From NCBI RefSeq assembly GCF_009834535.1, contig NC_045717.1:27156001-27220000 (forward strand): a stretch of DNA of 64,000 nucleotides, read 5' to 3'. Positions within the stretch are counted from its first letter, which is position 1; each line of letters starts with the position of its first letter. The DNA is from Camelus ferus (taxonomy: Eukaryota). The position numbers and the translations under genes are program-made. Below, one piece after another: positions 10,257 to 22,299 of the stretch. The notes under the pieces were generated by a model, which was given only the letters and a program-made list of their open reading frames with translations, was not told the DNA's origin and made no database searches.

Positions 10257-11694
10257 TTTTTAAAGAGGACAAAGAACCCAACTGAAAAATGGACAAAGGA
10301 TCTGAATACACCTGCCTCCAGAAGACATTCAAGTTAACAATAAGCACTGAGGGGAGTGCAAGCGGAAACCAAGGTAAGACACCGCTTCACACCCACCACG
10401 GTGGCTGTCATCAGAAGGGCAGAAAATCACAAGTTGGAGAAAGTGAAACCCTGGTGCAGGGCTGTTGAGGATGGGAAATGGTGCAGCCACTCCTGCGAAG
10501 GTGAAACTGCGCAACTACCTGACTCATCAGTGCCAGTCCTAGGTCTGAAAACTGAGAACTCACATCCACGCAGACACTTACACCGGAATGTCCACAGCAG
10601 CACAAGTCACCACACCCAAAAGTGGACACAGCCCAAATGCTCATCAATGACTGAAAGAATAAAGAAAATGTGTCTGTCCACACACCAAAGTATTACTCAG
10701 CCTTGGAAAGGAGAGAAGCCCTGCCACCTGCCACCACGTGGACGGACCCTGAGAGCACGGTGCTCAGTGAGAGAAGCAGACACAGAAGGACACACAGCGT
10801 GTGACTCCGTGGATGTGAAACATCCAGAACAGACCAGTCCACAGACACAGAGAGGGGGCTCCTGGTCATCAGGGGCCGGAGGAGGTGGTGGGGGTGACTG
10901 CTGGTGGGGCCGGACTTCTTTTCAGGGTGATGAGGACATTCTGAAACTGATCGTAGTGATGAATGCTCAACTCTGTGAATGTCCCAACATCCACTGAATT
11001 TATGCTTTCCGTGGGAGGTTGTCCGGTAAGTGAATCATCTCAATTTAAAAAATGAGGTGATGTGGGTCAGGGGGCACTGCTGTAGATCAAGGGTCAGGTG
11101 GCCTCTTGGATGTGATGCCATTGGAGGTGACGCATGAATGAGGAGGGAGTAGCAGCCAGGGAAGGTGTGAACTGTAAGTCTGAGAGCAGCCTGTCAGCTG
11201 CGGGGACGCTGTGGGCAAAGGCTGGAAAGACGTGGCAGACGGGCCAGGACTCACTGACAAGGAGGCTGTGAGCTTTGGGAGGGCTCCACCCTCGGAGACC
11301 TGCTCGCAGGGCCTAGGAGTCTCCCAGCCTACTTCGTAGCCCCAGCCTGGGGCGGCGAGGCTCTGCTAGGCTGCACCCAGCGGGGTGGAGGGCTACGTGC
11401 GGAATGAGGGAGGCAGCCGGCCAGCTGGCTTTAGAGCACCTCCCGGCCTGGGCGGAACTCCACGCCCCCTGCCCTCCCAGAGCTGGGCTGGGGACTGATC
11501 TCGTGGGAAATATTAGGGCTGCAAGAAGCCTTTGTCTGTGTTTACTAAACAACGCTGTGCCTCCTTGAAGACCAGTAGTCCAGTGCCCTCCCTGGAAAGC
11601 CTTCGCTGCCCCAGCTCACTCCATGGCCCCACTCCGGGGCAGGAGAGTCCTGTGCCCGTCTGTCAAGAAGAGGCCTTCCAGGATCACCCCCTCC

Positions 11695-11900
11695 AGGGTG
11701 GCCGGACATAGCCGACCACAACACAGGACACCCAGTTACACGCGGATTTCACGTTGTTAAAAAATCAGTCATGATTTAGTGTAAGCGTGTCCCACGTGGT
11801 ATCTGGCATATACGTCTGCTGAAATCGCCTGTTGTACCTCAGAAGTTCAGATCTCACTGGCCGGCCTGCAGTCCTGTACTCTGCCTGGCACCTCTGACCC
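11695..11900. mobile_element. MER53-like hAT MITE
   Basis: cagggtgccggacatagc...acaggacacccagtta...tgtcccacgtggta...ctggcacc; imperfect palindrome. Confidence 0.55.
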
Positions 11901-12660
11901 TGGCTGCGGAGAGCAGCGGGGCCAGTCACCCTCGGCGGCTCCACTTACCGCAACGACTCACTCTGCATGAGCTCACGGGCATCCCAGGCTCCCTGCTGGC
12001 TCACTGTCTGCAGGGCCTGCGGGCAGAGACAGACAGCAGGGCCTGGGCTGGGTGCTGCTTCCCATCTGCCCTCAGCTGGGGGCTGTGGGTGAGTCAAGAG
12101 CTTCACGGGGTCTTCCCGCCCCGCCCTGCCCCACTGGAGGAGGCCTGCAGGCTCCCGGGAGGGGCCCTGAGTTCCTCACACTGATGGGCAGGGAAGGCAT
12201 GGTTCCAGCTTGGCAGCCCCACAAGAAAGGGAAGGAGCAGCTCTCAAAGCAAAAGCCGAATTCTTCCTGCAGCCCCAGGCCTGGACCCGCTGACCCCTGG
12301 GGCCTCGGGCCCTCCCTCTACCCCGGGGTTTGGCTCCAGCCTCGCTGGCCTTGTTCCCTGCCCCCAGCCCTTGCCTGGGCTGTCGCTGCACCTGGCGTGC
12401 TTTCCCCATGCCACACAGTCCCCAGCCGTCCTGTCTCGGGGCCTCGCGCTCAGGACACCAGCCGCTGTCCCGTCGCAGGGTGTCTGTTTTGATTTGTTTG
12501 CTCTCTACTTTTTCTTCTAAAACCTTGCAAGTTCACAGGCAAGGGGAGAGGAGAGGGCATGGAGTTTTCATGCTCTGTCCCACCCATCTGTCCATCGCTA
12601 AAATGTTCCAGCTTAGTTTTTTATGTGCATTTTTCTGAGAGGGAGTTTTGAAATCCAGCT

Positions 12661-12673
12661 GCTCCCCTGGTGG
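12661..12673 (-). promoter_or_regulatory. CTCF-like site
   Basis: Minus strand reads CCACCAGGGGAGC. Confidence 0.45.
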
Positions 12674-12849
12674 TGACTGGCAGTGAGAGTGTAGATTTTG
12701 CCCTCAGGGCACTAGGGAGCCCTGGCAGGGATCTGAGCGAGGGAGGGAGGGAGGGTCCTCATTGTCTGACGTGTGTTGTGGGTCTGGGGCGCGAGGAGCG
12801 TGGACCTGGGCGGGGACGGAATGGTGCAGTGGGTTCTCCGGCTGCTATC

Positions 12850-13225
12850 AGACCTGTGAATGGGACCTTACGTGGAGAAGAGGTCTCTGCAGATGCAACT
12901 GCTTTACAGACCTTGAGATGTGGTCGTAGTCCATGAAGACGAATCCAATGACAGAGTTCTTAGAAGAGACAGAAGTGGAGAGACAAATACAGAGGAGAAA
13001 CCACGTGAAGACGGAGGCAGAGGTGGGAGGGAGGCAGCCACAAGCCCAGGGATGCCTGGAGCCCCCAGAAGCTGGAAGAGGCAGGGGGACCCTCCCCTGG
13101 AGCCTCCGGAAGGAGCAAGGCCCTGCCCACACTCTGGTCTCTAATGTGTAGCCTCCAGCACCTTAAGGACATGGTTCTTCTGTGTAAGGAGCCCAGTTTC
13201 CGGTGCTTTGCTGCAGCCGCCCTGG
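12850..13225 (+). mobile_element. MLT1 (MaLR) solo LTR
   Basis: gtgaatgggaccttacgtgga...gaagacggaggcagag...gaagctggaagaggc...ctggagcctcc; typical of MLT1. Confidence 0.8.
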
Positions 13226-13827
13226 AGTGGGACAAGCGGACACGGCGGCCGGTTCTTTGAGCTGGAGGTGCTTAGGCAGGTGGGGTGGGGAGGACCCGGA
13301 GCCACCCGCCCACCTGGCACCGGCTTCACAGGCAGAGACGCCCAGGGCGGGGTTCACAGCCTAGCCGTGCTCTCACCTCCTCGGGCGTCTCCTCAATCCA
13401 CTGGTGTTCTCCCCAGAAAGTGGCAGAGGGTCACCCCGGCACCCCCGCCATCCCGAGTCCCACGAGGATGGCCCAGCCTCTCCCCCGTCCGGGGTGGGTT
13501 CGCTGTGCTGACTGTGCAGAATCTGGAAGATTCTGCCCCTGCACCGCAGCTATACTGTTACATGCAGTGTCACCAGCACCCGGGGGGGTTGTCAGACGGA
13601 AACCCTCCCTGGACATCTTGGGTGGTGAGCGCCTGCAATTTCCTGGAGGCTAAGGGTCCCTCACCCGGTTTGCTGACGTCTTGTCTGAGCGGAAGGACAG
13701 GAGGGGTCTTTCTTCCTCTACCTTTTGTTTTGAGAAGCCCTCGGCTCTACAGGGAAGTCGTGCGGACAGTAACCCCCTTCGCCTGGATGCCCAGCTGGGC
13801 ACGTGGGCCACGTGGGCGCCCTCTCTG

Positions 13828-13885
13828 CCTCCCTGTCTCTGTCTCTCTGTCTCTGTCTCTGTCTCTGTGTCTCCCCTTGTCTCTC
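13828..13885. repeat. (TCTCTG)n low-complexity repeat
   Basis: Direct reading. Confidence 0.85.
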
Positions 13886-14572
13886 CCGCTCACAGTTTTC
13901 TCCCAGAACTGCTTGGGAGTGAGAAGGGGCACCCACCTTCTCCCCTAAGATCTGACAGAACGGCTGGCAGCTGAGGCCTCACCCCAGTGTCTCTGTAAAT
14001 TAACCTTGGTTCTGCACCCTCCGGTACATCTCCCGCTGCTTCGACCTCAGCCTTTGCGGGCATGCCTTTCTTAGGTCCCAGGGCCAGTCGGCCTGTGGGG
14101 CATTCAGCGGCCCTGCTGCTTCTGCGGCCATCACTCTGGGACAGGATCCAGCTGTTCCGAGCGGCCAGGTCTGTGGGGCTCTGTTCCGGAGACTCCTTCA
14201 GTGCACAGCCCCTTCCCCCTCCATGGCCATCCTGCTGAAACCGGCAGAGACCAGAGCAGCCCGCCCAGCCCAGCCACGCCACCTGGTTGTGCCCTTTGAC
14301 CCTACCTGGGGTGCCCCGAGCCCCCCAGCATCTCCCGCTGCTGGCTCCCTCTGTCACTTTAAGCTGCGCAGGCTCCCGCTCCCCTGTGGGTAGGGTGGGG
14401 CCCCGGGAAGGAACAGCTGGGAGGAGAGATAAGCTTCCTTCCCCAGGGTGGCTCCAGCCCTGGGAACCACAGCCGGGCCTCCACTGATTTCCATCCAGTT
14501 GGAGCCACCCAGGCCCTGGCCGGCCCCCAAATCAGGGTCTCACTGGAGGATGTCAAAGGTCCATAAAAACTG

Positions 14573-14730
14573 GGGGGAAGGGTATAGCTCAAGTTGCAGA
14601 GCGTGCGTTCAGCATGCATGAGGTCCCTGGTTAGATCCCCAGTACCTCCGCTAAGAATAAATAAATAAATAAACCTAGTTACCTCCCCCCACCAAAAAAT
14701 AAAAAAAATTTTTAAAAACAAACAAAAAAA
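14573..14730 (+). mobile_element. tRNA-derived camelid SINE
   Basis: ggggaagggtatagctcaag...gaggtccctggttagatccccagtacc followed by a (taaa)n / A-rich tail. Confidence 0.85.
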
Positions 14731-14814
14731 CCCACTTCCACTTCTGGCAGAATGAGTGCAGGGGCCACGGGGCTGGTGGAACTGGAGCTGAGCTGCAGGA
14801 GAGCAGTGGCCAGC

Positions 14815-15260
14815 TGGGGTAGGCAGAAGGTGGAAACACCCCAACATCCACTGACGGATAAGTGGATGAACACCACGTGGTCCCTCCACACACGGGAACG
14901 TCACTCATCCGTGAACAGGAGAGCAGCTCTGACACCCGCTCCCACGTGGACCGACCCCGAGAAGACGATGCTCAGTGAGAGAAGCAGACCCAGGAGGATA
15001 CACAGTGTGTGAGTCCACGGATGTGAGACGTCCAGAACAGGCCAGTCCCCAGACACGGGGAGGGGGCTCCTGGCTGTCAGGGGCTGGGAAAGATTGGGGG
15101 TGACTGCTGGTGGGGACGGGCCCTCCTTTTGGGGTGATGGAATGTTCTGGAATTAGAGACGATGGTGGCACATCGTGATTGTACTAAATGCCACTGAGTT
15201 GCTCACTTTACGTGGACAAATAGTGTGTTAAGTGAATTTTGCCACAACTTTTAAAAGATT
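14815..15260 (+). mobile_element. L1M-type 3' UTR fragment
   Basis: ccaacatccactgacggataagtggatgaac...atgctcagtgagagaagcagac...gaatgttctggaattag...taagtgaatttt. Confidence 0.8.
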
Positions 15261-15639
15261 TTTTTAAGTGCAGGGGAATCAGAATTTGAGCGGAATTCCA
15301 GGCACCCTGGGGGGTTGTGGTGAAGTCCTCGTTGGGGGACAGAGAGGGGGGACCTCATTCTGGGACGAGGGGCAGGTGACACAGGGTGAGGGTCACAACT
15401 CACTTCACCGCCTTCAGCCCCGAGTTCCTGGCGCAGGCAGGGCAGACCCATGCTGACCGTGGGCCCTGGCAGTGGGAAGAACACTTGTTCTCCACAGGGT
15501 CCCCCAGCCTTTCTGCCGGCTGCACGGTGCACCCACGAAGGGCTGGGGAAGAGGCAGAGGGTCACAGCACCCCAGGACCCAGCTCAGGGGCTGGGGACCG
15601 CCGGTGGGAACCGTGTCGGGGAGGGCACTGGGCGGGGCA

Positions 15640-16340
15640 CTCCTGTTCTGTCTGTCCCTCTGGGCGCTGGTTACAAGGCTCTGGGAGGGGGGAGTTTACC
15701 AGCAACACAGGCGGCTCTCCGGCCGTGTCCTGAGGAGTGAACTCAGGCCCAACCCCACAGCGCAGGGTCCCAGCCCCACAGTACTGCTCCCACCTCGGAC
15801 ACTGGTCCCAAGTCCAGGGGTCACTGGAGCTTCTGATCAACCGGCTATAAATCGGGACTCCCACAGCCTTCCTCCTCGGGTTCCATTAGTTTTCGGGAGC
15901 AGCTCATAGAATCCAGGGAAGCAGTTATGTGAGTTTATTGGAGTCCTGACCGAGGAACAGAGGAAGAGACTTGTAGGGCGGGGTTCGGAGTCCCTGTCCT
16001 CGTGGGGTGGGGTGTGCCACCCTCCCGGCGTGGGGATTCTTGTGGACGACCTGAGCTCATCAGATCTCTTAGTTCCAGAATTTCTGGGTCTGCCGTCCCC
16101 TCCCTTCGCAGAGGCCGGCGGGTGGGCCTGAGAGGGTCTCACTGGCCTCCAGCCCCATCCCTCCCTGTCACCGACAGACTCCAGACTCATGTGACTGAAG
16201 GGGGCGTGTGGGGAGCAGCAGATCCCTGGCCTCTCTCAGCACTGAGGACGCTGGGAGGGTCTGGGAGTTCTGTGCCAGGACAGCACAAAGACCAACCACA
16301 GACTCAGATCCCTGTTTGCTTTGTGGGACGTCACAGGGCT
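15640..16340. mobile_element. MER21-like ERV LTR
   Basis: ggctataaatcgggactcccacagccttcctcctcgggttccattagttttcgggagcagctcatagaatccaggg resembles MER21. Confidence 0.6.
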
Positions 16341-16494
16341 GCTGTGGCCCGGGTGTGTCCAGTACACAAGTGACACCTCAATAAACAGTGTTAAAAGGTT
16401 AACAAGGCACCTGCCCGTCCCAGCCCCATCAGTCTTGGGATGGGTTATCCAGTCATGAGAGAAACACTGGGGAAAAATCTCCACTGCAGGTAGA

Positions 16495-16620
16495 GGGGAG
16501 GGGATAGCTCAGTGGTAGAGCACATGCTTAGCATGCACGAGGTCCTGGGTTCAATCCCCAGTATCTCTGTCAAAAAACGAACAAGCAAAAAAAGACAAAT
16601 AAGAAAATGAAGTCTATTTT
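16495..16620 (+). mobile_element. tRNA-derived camelid SINE
   Basis: ggggaggggatagctcagtggtagagcacatgcttagcatgcacgaggtcctgggttcaatccccagta followed by an A-rich tail. Confidence 0.9.
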
Positions 16621-16639
16621 AAAAAAGGATAAAAGAAAG

Positions 16640-16770
16640 TGAAAAGGAATATACGTATGTACGTATATGTACGTATATGACTGAAGCATTACACTGTACG
16701 GCAGAAATTGATACAACATTATAACCTGACTATGCTTCAATTAAAAAATAATAAAAGTTAAAAATTTTAA
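16640..16770 (+). mobile_element. Young L1 3' end
   Basis: tatatgactgaagcattacactgtacggcagaaattgatacaacattataacctgactatgcttcaattaaaaaa. Confidence 0.7.
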
Positions 16771-17639
16771 AGAGATAAAGCACCTTTAGCAATTAGAAAA
16801 ACAGGAAAAGGAGAGAGGCAGACTGCGCAGTCTCCCTGCCTCCCCCTCCTCGCTCTTGCTCTGAGGGGAGAGTTTTCCAACGCAGCCCAGTGCTTCCTGG
16901 GAGGCCTGGCACTCAGTCGGTGCTCGGCAGACAAGAAATTCTGCTGCATCGCCAAACAGGGAAAAGCACTTGGGTTTGATGGGCAAACTCCACTTCTGGG
17001 CCTGCAGCCCAGATACGCCCTTGGGTGCGGGCCGGGTGGCGGGTGGGACCGCAGAGGAGATGTGTGAAGGTGAGGCCAGGAGCTGGTCCAAGGCCTGGGT
17101 GGAGGGCCTGCAGCCTTTCCCGCTCGGAACAGCCGTGGGTGAGGACGAGAGACACTGGTGACAGTTGCTCCTAAGGGAAAATGTTTTCATGGGCGATGGC
17201 GGGATCAGGGGCACTGTCTTCCCCTGGGCGGCCTTCTGTCCCTTTCACTTACAGTCCCTGGGCAGTAGTCACTATGCAAAAACTCAGTTCAAGACAAGAC
17301 CAACTGCGTGGGGCTGAGGGGTCACTGGTGTGGATCCTGGGGGCTTGGATTACACACATCTGTTGCTTGTCGCAACAGCACATTCCTGAGTTAGATGTCT
17401 GCACTTTGCCGTGTGAGTGAGATGGTGGGAGACACAGGGCTCTAAATAAAGCCGCAGTCCCAGCCCTGGCCCTACACTGCGGCCTCTGCAGACCTGCCTG
17501 GAGGCTTCGGCCTCCTGTGAAATACACCAGCAACGGAGCCCAGTGGACAGAGGGATGGACTGAATGTGGACGAAGCTGCTCACAGCAGAGCCTGCACAGT
17601 GGGCACCCGGCTGTTCCGTGTGCCATGATTTCGGCTTGG

Positions 17640-18185
17640 CTGTACGTTTGAGCATTTTCCTAATGAAATCAAGAGATTCTGCTGGAAAACAGCAGCTCCT
17701 AAAACTGCTAAACATGGAGTCACCACCTGGCCCAGCAATCTCTCACACTTGGGAGAACCGAAAACACACGCTTGTGCACGCAGGTCTGCAGCAGCCAGAG
17801 TGGAAGTAACCCAGGTGTCCACTGACAGGTGGACAGATCCACGCGTGTCCCTCCACACACAGGAGCATCACTCAGCCGTGAACAGGAGAGAAGCCCTGAC
17901 ACTTGCCACCACGTGGATGGACCCTGAGAGCACGATGCTCAGTGAGAGAAGAGGACACAGAAGGACACGCAGTGTGTGAGTCCATGGATGTGAAACGTCC
18001 AGAACAGGCCAGTGCACAGACACAGAGATGGGGTTCCTGGCTGTCAGGGGCTGGGGTGACTTCTCATGGGGATGGGGCTTCCTTTAGGGGTGACGGGAGG
18101 TTCTGGAACTAGACAGAGGTGATGGTTACACAGCCCTGTGAATGTACTGAAAACCACTGAATTGTTCACTTTTTAAAAGGGTGAC
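17640..18185 (+). mobile_element. L1M-type 3' UTR fragment
   Basis: Same motif chain as the copies at 10.5, 14.9 and 23.4 kb. Confidence 0.8.
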
Positions 18186-18634
18186 TTGTGAAATGGGCGC
18201 CTACGAGCAGGTCCGGAAGGGTCCCCAAAGTTAAAAGGCATCGCACAGCTCAGCTGAAGTGGAGGAAGGAAAAGGAGAAAGCTGAGGTGAAGCTCCCGGA
18301 ACAGGAAGGAGCAGAAAGAATGAAGACGAGAGCCCCGACTCAGGCAGCCTTGAGAAGACCCAGCAAAACGGAAAGGGGCTTGAAGAGCATCCAAAACCCC
18401 AAGGAGAGAGTGGAGGACTGGAACAGACACCTGGACGTGCCCACGGGGCACGGTGGCCTCGCAGAGCCGGCTGGACGACGCAGCCTCCCCTCCCAGGACG
18501 TGGAGAGGCGTGGAGGAGAGCTGACGGCGCAGTGGGTTCATGTTGGTGCCTTCTGTGTTTTCTGGAAACATTCTTTTACTCACACCCTGGCGTCTTCTTC
18601 CAAGACGCTGCTTTTCTTCCTTTCTCTCTCTCTT

Positions 18635-18770
18635 TTCTTTCAAGTGGTTTGTTTTTTGAGGGGTAGGTAATTAGGTTTATTTAGTTTTAGAGGCGGCACT
18701 GGGGATTGAACTCAGGACCCTGTGCCTGCTGAGCGTCCGCTCTGCCACTTAAGCAATACGCTACCCCCCC
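18635..18770 (-). mobile_element. tRNA-derived camelid SINE
   Basis: T-rich tail, then gtaattaggtttat...ctggggattgaactcaggaccc. Confidence 0.8.
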
Positions 18771-19676
18771 CCATCCCCGCCCCAACCACCATAGGACGCT
18801 GCTTGTCAAAGCAGTGAGCCCTCACTTTGGAACTTGATTAAAGTCAGACCGTCCTTTACCTCTATCTTAATTTCTCGGTAGCACATGGAAGATAAACCTC
18901 TTGAGTTTGGACTGGACATTCTTGAAAGTTTATCCAGCGATTACGGTTATTTCTGTGTGTGGAGAGCTGTTGTTACTCCTGAGTGGCGTCCAACTCTTTG
19001 GACAAGCCCAACTCCAGAGGTCAAGGAGGTAATGCCAGCGTGGCCTGCAGCACGTGGACCCCTGCGGCGCCCCACAGGGGCTGCCCCTCCAAGCTCCCTC
19101 TCGCTTGGGGCTTACGCACCTTCAGACTGCCTCCTTGGCCACCTGGCCCGTGAGACAGCGCAGCCGGCGAAGGTGAACCACCTAAGGCAAGGATGCAGTG
19201 CACACCCGTGGCCAGCGTGGGACCCCTTCTCCCCGCACCCCCCCTCCTGAAGAGTCTATCTAGTGGGAGTAGCCAATCGAGTGCAGCATTCTTTGTGAGG
19301 GAACCCAGACGCGCCCACCTTCTTACCCTCCACCCGAGGTTCCCAGGAGCCCCCCGCCGCATTTACTCATTGGTGACACATAAAATGTTTGGCGTTCCTG
19401 TCCTGAAGACATCTCAAGGGTGTGGGACCAAGGCAGAGCCGAGCACAGACAGACGTGGGGGCAGTGGAAAGGGAGGACCATGGTCTCTTGCTGGAGAGCC
19501 AGGATCTTGGAGGGTCAACGTGGACCCACCAGGTGAAGATCACATTGCATATGCTGTTGGGAGAATGTCTGTTGAAAGAATAACAAAGTCAGAAAAGAAA
19601 AACCACGTGTTGGGTTTGGGACTGTTATGTGAAATGCAGAATAAAGCAAAAAAAACAGTTATTAAAAATAATTCTG

Positions 19677-19764
19677 GGGGGAGGGTGTAGCTCCGCGGTA
19701 GAGCGCGTGGTTAGCATGCAGGAGGTCCTGGGCTCGGTCCCCAGTACCTCCATTAAAAAAAATT
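19677..19764 (+). mobile_element. tRNA-derived camelid SINE running into the gap
   Basis: ggggagggtgtagctccgcggtagagcg...ccagtacctccattaaaaaaa. Confidence 0.85.
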
Positions 19765-19895
19765 NNNNNNNNNNNNNNNNNNNNNNNNNNNNNNNNNNNN
19801 NNNNNNNNNNNNNNNNNNNNNNNNNNNNNNNNNNNNNNNNNNNNNNNNNNNNNNNNNNNNNNNNNNNNNNNNNNNNNNNNNNNNNNNNNNNNNNN
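19765..19895. other. Assembly gap (131 N)
   Basis: Run of N. Confidence 1.
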
Positions 19896-20005
19896 CTTCC
19901 TTCGGTTGTCCTTACGTCGCCACCGCCCAGCACCCAGCACCCTGCGCGAACGCCCGGCGGCGCACAGCCCGGCCCGCCCCCTGCCGGACAGAGTCTGGCT
20001 TCAGG

Positions 20006-20232
20006 TGGGGGAGGGTGTAGCTCAGTGGTAGAGGGCACACTTCTCATGCGCAAGGTCTTGGGTTCAATCCCCAGCACCTCTGTTTAAAGAAAAATAAAAC
20101 AAATATATAAATCTTGAATTACCTCTCCTCCCCCATTAAAAAACATTAAAAAGAAGAAGAAAGGAAAAGTGTAAAAAAGGAAACCAAAAAAAAAAAAAAA
20201 AAAAAAAAGAAACGGAGAGAGAGAGAGAGAGA
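20006..20232 (+). mobile_element. tRNA-derived camelid SINE with long A/(GA)n tail
   Basis: gggagggtgtagctcagtggtagagg...ggttcaatccccagcacc, then polyA and (GA)n. Confidence 0.85.
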
Positions 20233-20264
20233 GTGGCTGGCTCCGGAACCCAGCAATGGCCAAC

Positions 20265-20278
20265 ACCGCCCCCTGCCG
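20265..20278 (-). promoter_or_regulatory. CTCF-like site in the CpG-rich patch 3' of GZMM
   Basis: Minus strand reads CGGCAGGGGGCGGT. Confidence 0.4.
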
Positions 20279-20427
20279 TCGCCCGGCGCCCTCGCGGAGC
20301 TGAGCGCCCCGCGCAGCCTCAGAAGCGCGGCCGCTGTGTTACCGGCGGGGAACCCAGGCTGAGCACCGCCAGCGCGGGTGGACGCGGGGTGGAATCCGGA
20401 TAGACTCATACGGTTTCCTTACTACAG

Positions 20428-20433
20428 TTTATT
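20428..20433 (-). terminator. GZMM: GZMM polyadenylation signal
   Basis: AATAAA about 107 nt after the stop codon. Confidence 0.75.
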
Positions 20434-20539
20434 GGTCTTCTGACATGCGTCCCCTGTCGGCCTGCCCCCTCGCCCCCTTAATCCCGCAGGAGCGCAGGAG
20501 TCGGGTCACCCTCTGGAGGTCAGGCCCGAGCGGGGACTG

Positions 20540-20692
20540 CTAGCGGCGGATGGTCTTCTTGATCCAGGGAGTATAGGGGGCCACGGCGGTGGCCACGGAG
20601 GGCTTGAAGATGTCGGTGCAGACGTTGGAGCTGAACGACACGATTCCAGCCACCTGGCCTCTGCGGCATACCACGGGCCCACCTGAGTCCCC
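20540..20692 (-). CDS. GZMM: Granzyme M exon 5 (catalytic Ser)
   Basis: GDSGGPVVCRRGQVAGIVSFSSNVCTDIFKPSVATAVAPYTPWIKKTIRR*, cag acceptor, TAG stop. Confidence 0.95.
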   Translation of the reverse strand, partial: GDSGGPVVCRRGQVAGIVSFSSNVCTDIFKPSVATAVAPYTPWIKKTIRR

Positions 20693-21195
20693 CTGCGGAG
20701 GTGGAGCGCAGGTCACCTTCGCCGCCCGCTCCCGGGGGACCTGAGTATCCCTGGGGGCGCGAGGCTGATTCCAGGGCAGAGACCCTGCCCTATGGCTGTT
20801 AGGCCTTATCCCTTATCTCCCTGCCCCTCCCTCCCCCCACCTCTTTCACTCTCTCCTTCCTTCCTGTCCCTTTAACCCTCTTTGCTCCTGTCCCACCGCA
20901 GGGCCTTTGCACAAGCTGCGGTGTGCTGTATATGCCATGATCTTCCTCGGTGCTGGAGTTCAAACCCCAGCTCTGCCGCTTCTTGCCTGTGTGACCACAG
21001 GCAAGCTGCTTAACCTCTCTGTGCCTCAGTTTCTGCATGTGAGAAGTGGGCTTGTGCTAGTACCAACCTTTAGGACCCCCAGCGAATGGAGAGAGCCAGG
21101 GCCCAGGGAGAGTCAGGGTTTGTGCAGTTGCCTGGCTGCTGACCCATGCCTCCCACCAGGGCTGCTGCCTGCCCCACCCCACCGTGTGTCCTTAC

Positions 21196-21459
21196 CTTGC
21201 AGGGGGCCTGGTTCTTAGCATTGGCTGCCAGGCAGATCATGTCGGGGGTGATGTCCCCGTTCCAGAAACGACTGTTGTTGCACATCCTGGCATCCAGCAC
21301 GTGCACATCCAATTCCTGCAGCGCTTTGGCCAGCTGCCCACCCTGGTGGGTCAGGCCCCAGCCAGCCACACTGCACCGTGCTCCAGCTGCCACTGCCTGG
21401 CGCCTTTGGGGCAAGGCCAGGGGCCGGATGGTCCTGCTGGGCTTCACCTTCCCATCCAG
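21196..21459 (-). CDS. GZMM: Granzyme M exon 4
   Basis: 264 nt, LDGKVKPSRTIRPLALP...CNNSRFWNG...QAPCK. GT-AG boundaries. Confidence 0.96.
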
Positions 21460-21614
21460 CTATGGGGACAGGAAGTGGCAGGTGAATTGTGGAGGGGACC
21501 CTGGGGGAGGGGACCCTGGGGGGCACACTGAGGGAGGAGCAGTGGGGGAGGGAGGCCCTCTGGGAGAGACAGTAGGGGGAGGTCTGGAACTATCATTTCT
21601 CCCACCGACAGCAC

Positions 21615-21750
21615 CTTAAGCAGCGCGAGGTCATTCTGCAGACTGGGGGCCTCCTTGTACTCAGGGTGCTTGACAACCTTCCTGATGCGGTAGGTAAGGC
21701 TGGGGTCTCCCAGCACGTGGAGCCCCAGCACCAGCCTCAGCTGTTCTATC
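21615..21750 (-). CDS. GZMM: Granzyme M exon 3 (catalytic Asp)
   Basis: 136 nt, IEQLRLVLGLHVLGDPSLTYRIRKVVKHPEYKEAPSLQNDLALLK. Confidence 0.95.
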
Positions 21751-22299
21751 CTGTGGCAGCAGGGTCAGGGTGTGAGTAGCAGCCTTGCAGGACCCCTCCA
21801 CACACCCCACACACTTGCTGTCCTGGAACCCTCACCCAGCCTCCCTGTGGCTTCTTCCTGCTCCCGTTTAACCTGCTTTCTCCCATCGTCCTTCAGGAAG
21901 CCTTCCCTGCTCCCACCTGGCCCCTGACTCCAGCTAAGCCCAGGCCAGAGGCATGTGCTGTGTGTGTCTAAAAATGCTGACCGCCCCCCGGCTCCCCACA
22001 GCCAGGGGCTCCAGACAGCAGGAGCTCCAGTCTCACCCAGGGCATCTGTCATGACTCAACATCAGCCGGCTGGCACAAGACCTAGGCTGGGTCTGTCAGT
22101 ACCTATCCTTATCCATTTGCCCAAACTATAGAGAAACAAACTCTTTTTACAGGACTTAAGGGGGCTCATCCTTGCCACCACAGGGGAGCGCCTTCTTGAT
22201 AATGTGGCCAAGGGGCAAGACAGCAGAGTTGAGAGACAGGCCCAGGCTTCTGAGCACCTCAGTGAGCACCTGGATCAAGCTGTGCCTGAATGCCGTGTC

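Larger units (their letters stand above)
9690..11055 (+). mobile_element. Old L1 (L1M-type) ORF2 end and 3' UTR, interrupted by younger insertions
   Basis: L1 motifs aattaaaaacttttg, atctgacaagggacttgtatctagaatatataa, aaatggacaaaggatctgaa, cacccaccacggtggct. Confidence 0.85.

Noticed and set aside
13208-13974. 246-aa ORF and neighbouring frames between BSG and GZMM
   Set aside because: No recognisable homology. The ORF starts in an LTR end and finishes in a (TCTCTG)n repeat.
19765-19895. Gap between two SINEs in CpG-rich sequence
   Set aside because: Most simply an assembly break at a SINE polyA tail. Nothing can be inferred from N bases.
21609-21614. Weak donor GTGCTG after GZMM exon 3
   Set aside because: Exon length and frame match the orthologue and the catalytic triad is intact, so there is no evidence of pseudogenisation.
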